Below, in pieces: positions 56,630 through 64,000 of a stretch of DNA of 64,000 nucleotides (positions within the stretch are counted from its first letter, which is position 1; each line of letters begins with the position of its first letter). Below the pieces are notes generated by a model. The model was not told the DNA's origin, made no database searches, and saw only the letters and a program-made list of their open reading frames with translations. Both the position numbers and the translations under genes were made by a program. Source of the DNA: Octopus vulgaris (lineage: Eukaryota); NCBI GenBank assembly GCA_951406725.2, contig OX597816.1, positions 137,888,001 to 137,952,000 on the forward strand, given 5' to 3'.

Positions 56630-56980
56630 TATTCTCTTATTCATTCACTTTTTCAAGTCAATACACTGCGGCCATGCTGGAGCATCGCCTTGAGTCAAAC
56701 AAATCGACCCCACGATGTATTCTTTGTAAGCCTAGTACTTATTCTATGCGTCTCTTTTGCCGAACCGCTATGTTGCGGGGACGTAAACACACCAACGTCG
56801 ATTATCAAGCGGTGCTGGACACACACACACACACACTTATATATATACATGCGACGAGAGCTTCTTTCAGTTTTCGTCTACCAAATCCGCTCACAAGGCT
56901 TTGGTCTGCCCAAGGCTATAGTAGAAGACACTCATCCAAGGTCACGCAACAGAACTCAACCCAGGACCATGTGACAGGAA
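56630..56980 (-). mobile_element. SINE family A
   Basis: Similar to 1050-1463. Confidence 0.8.
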
Positions 56981-57560
56981 AAAGCTTTAGAAACGACATT
57001 GTGTCAGAGAAAAGATACGATGTGAATTCGTCCTCTGATACATGAACTCCCTTGCTCTTTTCCGTCTCATTTTCGGTCATTTTTCAAAATGAAGCTGATG
57101 AAAGACACATCTATTACCACTTAGAAACTTCCCAGTTTTCTTTTTTTACATCCCTCTCAGTTTTCTTTATTTCTCTCCTTTTTTCTCAATTTGTGATTGT
57201 GATGAATGGATTTCGCCCAAAACGTTAACAGTGTTTCTATATTTCTGAGCAAAACCATAATACATAAACTTTCATTTTGTCTTTCGTTTTGCGCCCATGC
57301 TGTTTATTTTACATATTCTGGTGTGCATGTATATATATACATATTCATAGTATATATATATATACATGTACCTCTATATATATGAGTATATATATCATAT
57401 ACATGTATATATATATATATATATGTATATATATGCATATACATAAATATATATATAAAGAGAGAGAGAGGGGGGAAGAGTAGGTAGATATGTACTCGTA
57501 TGCATATATACATAGAAAATTTAGGCGATGTATGCATGTATGTATGTATGTGTACATATA

Positions 57561-57609
<49 letters not shown>

Positions 57610-57640
57610 CATATACATATACATATATGTATTTATACAA

Positions 57641-57723
<83 letters not shown>

Positions 57724-57802
57724 ATATATATTATATGTATATATATATATATGTACATACACACACATACACACACACACATACACATACACATACACAT
57801 AA

Positions 57803-57833
<31 letters not shown>

Positions 57834-57848
57834 CATATACATACGTAT

Positions 57849-57968
57849 GAAAGCACATGGCTCAGTGGTTAGAGCGTCGAGCTTACGATCGTGAGGTTGT
57901 GAGTTCGAATCCCGGACCGGACTGCGTGTTGTGTTCTTGAGCAAGACACTTTATTTCACTTTATTTCA
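57849..57968 (+). mobile_element. SINE family C tRNA-like head only
   Basis: TGGCTCAGTGGTTAGAGCG (A box) and GTTCGAATCC (B box), continuing into the SINE body TTGAGCAAGACACTT. Confidence 0.82.
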
Positions 57969-58241
57969 CAGATTTTACAGTAGCTTCGAAAGTTCCATAG
58001 AAGAGCAGTTTAGAAACTTACATGCAGATTCACTCATCTCTCAGGCTTATATATCTACAACGCATGAAAGCCTTCGATTGCTTTCAAGTAAATTTCGTAG
58101 ACATTGCTAGTAAAATCTCTGAGATATAGAAATAGTTTCCATTACAAACGTAATTCACATAATTTGCCTACAAAAAAAAAAAAAAATTAAAATCCTATAA
58201 CGTATTCACAAGTTTTGATATATCTAAAACGTTGTACAAAC

Positions 58242-58410
58242 CAGTGCTCCGCAACTGTTTTTCACTTGCAGTACACTTATGTTCTTTTCAGAATTCGGCG
58301 GTACACCTGAACTAAAAATATAACTAAAAGTATTGGAGAGAAGATTATTTTCAGGTTACACTGCGGCACACCTAGCATCAATTCGTGGCACACCAGTGTG
58401 CGGAGCACTG
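58242..58410. mobile_element. hAT-type MITE, 169 bp
   Basis: TIRs CAGTGCTCCGCA / TGCGGAGCACTG with an 8 bp TSD GTACAAAC / GTATAAAC. Confidence 0.85.
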
Positions 58411-60199
58411 GTATAAACCACATTGAGAAACTAATACTAAGCAATATATAGAGCATTGGAAAACTAACAATAATATCCATGACTCACTAAAAGCACACTG
58501 TAACCTTTAATCAACAGACAGGTTCTGCCCTCATTCTACTGTGCTACTATTAAACCGGTGTTCGATCATCTGACCAAGATAGTTGCTCATCGTTTCAATC
58601 GAGATCCATCTGGAACATCCGTTTCGCATCCATTCACTTACTCATGTTCAAACAGAACATTAACTGTTTATATCAATAGTCTCTGAGGACCTGCTTAGTG
58701 TAACGACACAGTTCCTGTACCTGAGCAAACCCTAAAATATTATCATTTTCTACTTCCTTTACAATATGTTTAAACTTCTCTTGACTGTTGTTTGTATGTA
58801 AAAATTGGCGAGCCAGTTAAATAGAAAAGTGTATGGTTCTGGTTATGAAGGTTTGTGGAAAGTGTTTATAGTGGAATTTAGGGCATGAATCATGGTATGG
58901 ATGTATGGACGTCTAGTAAGCTACAGTGGCGGTGGAAGGTAGCTTCGTTGTTCAGAGGAGTAAAAAGAAATTAGTAATATTTTCTGGAACATATCTATTT
59001 ATTCTTATAATTAGACCTTCGACGTATTATATACAAATTCCAGCTATACAGATTACAAATGGGTTAATGAATATATAATTTAAGTGCCATGATGGTTTTA
59101 ATTCAAAAGTTAGGCAGATTCAGCAGACTTCTACAATGACAATATAGTAACTTCGTATGACTATATCGATTATTATTATACAATTGCCATTTTTCTAATA
59201 TAAAATGATATGAAATATATGGTGCTTTGCCTGGCGTTTATAATCTCACGTTCCACAGTATTTTTGCATTGCCATTTCCTAAGATAGGTGTATGTTCATA
59301 TGAGTAGCAAAAAGATTTTTACTAGAAAAGTTAAAATTTGGAAGCTAGGTGTATGTATATCAGCTTTCTGTATAATTGTGTCGCCAAGAGTATTTCGCCC
59401 GAGCTAGTGTATACTTGATATAATTCAGTGTATTTTAGAAAATACTATAGGCGATATTTGTCATAAATATTGTAGGAAATACGAATACTCCTTTAAATGT
59501 ATCTAGGGTTGATGCTCTTTTTTAAAGTGTAAGTGGTTTTATCTCTCTCATACTATCTGTTCATCCAAACCATGTATACTATAAAATTTGCATGCGAGGC
59601 GTTCAGTTCATAGAAGTAATTGCCATCTAAACGGATACCCTTCATTGCTTTTTTCCCCCTTAATTGACAAATGCGCTATAAGTATGCACATTTTACTGAC
59701 GAACCTTACAAAAGATGAAACTAGTGGTACGACAATCGCATTTAGCTGCTGAAGTTCCTCTAGTTTTTCCCCGTATTGTATTTCCACCCAATGCGAAACG
59801 AAATACGCATTCATTAAACATATCGTCTGAGAATTTTGTGTGCACATAGGTTCGTAAACGCCACACAGTGTCATTAATTATTCATTTTATTATTCTCGAG
59901 CGGTTGTTGTCACGTGAAGAACAACTCCAGATATCAGTCCAATTCATCATTCCACAACTCACCTTTGACAAGGTGGAGGTAGGAAGTGTTCCTCCGTCAG
60001 GTGGCTAAGACAAAAAAATGGTTGTGTAGTGGATGAGGCTGAAACGAATGAGGATAGACTTTTCCAAGTCCCGAGGAAAGTGAAAGTGGATAGGGAAGCG
60101 CTCTCTCCAGAGAATTTCTCAAAAGATGGGTAAGTGTTGCAAAAAGGATGAGGGTGATTAAAACTACTCAAAATATGCACCAGTATATTGGAGAAAAAC

Positions 60200-60852
60200 A
60201 TTTGAGAGAGGGTTTGTGGCAATAGGAACTGGATTTGTAAACAGCTTATCAATGGTCCATTGACGCTTTTTTTCTGATAACACTGGTGCCCAGAGGACAG
60301 ATGATTTCCTCAACAGGACAACTATGTATGCATGTATGTATGTATGTATGTATGTATGTATGTATGTATGTATGTATGTATGTATATTCTCTTTCTCTTT
60401 TCAATGTAGAGTAAATTTTGACCGGCCACCAACTTGATAGAAAGGTTGTGAAGAAAAGTATATTAATTTAACTGTCATCCTTTAAATATTACGGTCTTTC
60501 AGATTTTTATTGCTCCAGGCGGATTGGTATGTATTCTGTTACTCCAATAATAATGGTATGAAACTGAAAGTGTATCTTGGGTACTGAATTTGCGAACTCC
60601 TTATCAATGGTCCATAGATGTCCTCTTTATCTTGTATTTTTCTAACCACATTCGTGTCCAGGAGGCAACTGATTTCAACAACTGTGTTTTAACCTGGTGG
60701 TTCCTTTAATTCTTGTGTTTCACCAATATTCTTTTGAACCATCGGTCTCAATACAGTCAAGCTCGCTTGTAGGTATTTTCTGTTTTGTTCTGGCTACCGC
60801 ATTGTATTTCATGAGAAGATATCTGGAAGACATTCTCTCACATTTGGCAATG
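60200..60852 (-). pseudogene. two decayed RLE-LINE C-terminal fragments
   Basis: RC gives [22 protein letters not shown] and DKEDIYGPLIR..YP..FSFIP. CTTATCAATGGTCCAT occurs at both ~60245 and ~60600. Confidence 0.5.
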
Positions 60853-61805
60853 TATGTATGTATGTATGTATGTATGTATGTATGTATGTATGTATGTATG
60901 TATGTATGTATGTATGTATGTATGAGCCCTGGAGCAAATCTTTGCAACATCCTCATTAAGTAAACTGCTAAATACTTCAACAAGACCAAAACAGTCCTTC
61001 TCAAATCATTGACCTGCTACCAATAAGCGATGCTACGTATACAAAAGAATAATACTCCAAATACTTGCGTACTGTGGACATATGCACAGATGACACAAAA
61101 GGCATCACGTCCTATTCTGAAGTTAGTGCAACAATATGACCTGTCTATATTATATAATACAATACAATAAACTACAATACTATAGAATACAAATTAATAC
61201 AATACAACACATAAATACATATACACACATCCATACATATATACATATATACATATATACATATATACATATATACATATATACATACATACACATACAT
61301 AAATACATGCATACATACTTATACACACACATATATTCAAGTGTGCGCACCTCTGTGTGTTTATATATATGTGTATGTGTGTATATAAATATATGTGTGT
61401 ATGTGTGTATATATGTCTATGTGCATATCTCTATATATGTGCATACACACACGCACACACACACATGCACACACAAACATATATACCTACACATATACAT
61501 ACATCAGCGTGGGCATCTACGTATACCTTCATGTATATCTATATATATGTATGGGGTTATTTGTTCATGTGTATATAGTGTATATAATTATAAATGTAAA
61601 ATGTGTGTTAATTTTCTATCGCTCGAATGATCTCTCTCTCTCTCTCCCTCTCTTAAATACACACATTATACTGGCTACATATTTTCCTATACATGTACAG
61701 AAACGTGTACTTCATATACGTGCATGCAAAAATACATACACACATAAGCATACATATGTATACAAACATGCATATCTACATACCTACCTACATATATACA
61801 TGCAT

Positions 61806-61867
<62 letters not shown>

Positions 61868-61881
61868 CCTGGGTTGCTGAA

Positions 61882-61960
<79 letters not shown>

Positions 61961-61993
61961 GGACAACGGACAGACAAAGTAAGTCGTACATAC

Positions 61994-62085
61994 ATATATG
62001 TACATATTGTACACAGTCAGGTAATGCTGATATGTATGTAGTACGTGTGTAGTACATGCATACGTGTGTACATACATATATACAT

Positions 62086-62134
<49 letters not shown>

Positions 62135-62291
62135 CTGAACTTATATATATATATATGTTCATATATATATATATATGTACATATTGTACACAGTCAGGTA
62201 ATGCTGATATGTATGTAGTACGCACATATATGTATATATATATATATGCGTACTACATACATATCAGCATTACCTGACTGTGTACAATATG
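61994..62291. repeat. direct repeat plus perfect 45 bp inverted repeat
   Basis: The unit at ~62003-62044 recurs at 62180-62224 and inverted at 62247-62291. Confidence 0.88.
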
Positions 62292-62740
62292 GCTGAATTG
62301 GCTGACGAACAAATGAGATTAAGTCCCTTGATACGTGGAAGTAAATAGTGAGAAACTGACAGGTAAGTAGCATTCATTGTCTACTCAATGTCTCCTTGTA
62401 CTCATTAATACTGAACGGCACTCTTTTGTCAGTATACTAATATTAAGTTGAATACTGACGCATCTGTGGCCATTGAAACACTAGCCCTCTGTATCTCTAC
62501 ACCTACTCCAGCCGCGAAACTAATTCGATTGTGGAATAATGCCAGTTAAACTCTGATCTGAGTTATAATTAATGTCACTATCATTCATGTTTTTTTTTTC
62601 TGTCTTTTATTCCTTTTTTGTTTTACTTTATTCTTTGATTACTGTGTGTTTTCTACATCTGTATTCCAGACACAATTATGTGTTATGCGCGAATGTGTGT
62701 GTGTGTTTGTGTGCGTGCGTCTGCATATGTATATGTGTGC

Positions 62741-62792
<52 letters not shown>

Positions 62793-63217
62793 GAGACAGA
62801 AAGAGAGAGAGAGAGAGGAAACAGAAAGGCAATGAGAGAGAGAGAGAGAGAGGAAACAGAAAGGCAATGAGAGAGAGAGAGAAAGGGGGAGTAAGAGTCA
62901 GGCACAGGTGGAAATAAAGAAATAAACTTTACAGATACATGTATGTATATGGAACTCTACCCATTGTGTGTGTTTGTGTGTGTAGATAGATAAGTAATTA
63001 GATATACATACACATGTACACACATAATATATAAGTGTATGTATGCGTGTGCGCAACTTTTATATGATCTACATATCTATGTACATAAATGCCTTAATAC
63101 ACACACACGCGCGCGCGCCCATATACATACATATATATACATATACTTATATGTTTCTGTGCGTGCTTGTATGTGTGTTTGTGTTCGTGCGTGCTCGCGT
63201 GTGTGTGCGTATGTGGG

Positions 63218-63254
<37 letters not shown>

Positions 63255-64000
63255 GAATGCGCGCGCGTGTGTGATTATGCAGCTCCTGGTCTTGGTAGGG
63301 AAGTTTGTTTACCTTAATAGTATTAATTTGGGATCAGTCTGGCAGGAATCATATCTTGAAGTGAACCAATTATCACGCCTTATCGATCTTCAAGATGTCC
63401 TTTCCGTGCAATGAAGGAGCTTTTTTTTTTTTGTGAAACAAAATACAAAAACAACGCCAATCTATAGCAATAAATTGATAAAACAATGGTGTTTATTTTT
63501 GTCCTTTTTTTTCCAGTGAGAGAGCGCATGTTTGAGTTCTTGCAAAATAGGATATTTAACTCGTGCCAGTCAGTGCATAGTTAAACGTTTGGATAGAAAT
63601 GTGGGTGTTCGGCATGAAGCCAAATGAAGAGGTGAAAGGGATTGTGCTTTAAATCAAATCTAGTATTTTTCTTGTGATTTATTATTAAGCTCACGTAGAG
63701 TGAGTAAATTGACCCCTGTAGTACCTGAACACGAAATGTAAAAATTCAGAAGTACATACTCTAACTAACCTTGTCCGATGTTCTCCAACTTCCTTTGCCC
63801 ACCTGTATCTAAAAATAATTTTTTATACAACTATGAAGCCTGTGATTTATGAAAGAATGCTATAGAAATCGCGTTGTTGTATCGTTCATTCATTAACTAA
63901 TGATACTGAAAAAATGAAGCATGAACCAAAGAGGGAGCCTCATTCAGTTGGAAATGCTAGCTGAATCTCCGTTTTGTCATTGAATAATACCTTGTAAAAT

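Noticed and set aside
57095-57230. CTGATGA..GAAAC and TGATGA..AAAACGTT hammerhead-like words
   Set aside because: Stems I and II do not pair adequately.
57849-57925. Possible tRNA gene
   Set aside because: The A/B boxes continue directly into the SINE C body also seen at 11597-11936, and the acceptor stem is not convincing.

Overview
AT-rich, microsatellite-saturated eukaryotic DNA. The SINE/LINE families look like those of octopus (inferred from my recognition of the repeats, not from a search). Nearly all ORFs in the track are translated (TA)n/(CA)n/(AAT)n/(TCTA)n repeats. The protein-like segments are retroelement and transposon relics: RTE, CR1-group, Dong/R4-type RLE LINEs, a Penelope GIY-YIG fragment, mariner, a non-autonomous Helitron and an hAT-type MITE. 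At least three SINE families are also present. The main signal not visible in the ORF track is about a dozen type-I hammerhead ribozyme motifs from several unrelated sequence families. Most have a palindromic stem III, one carries the compensatory U3-A8 core, and many sit in fold-back or direct-repeat cassettes next to (TA)n, consistent with Penelope-like pseudo-LTR or retrozyme-like elements. I also found a LINE-SINE pair sharing a 3' tail, a templated insertion inside the mariner, and a speculative multi-exon gene or pseudogene with an inverted paralogous copy at 28.3-36.6 kb. All folds and alignments were done by eye.
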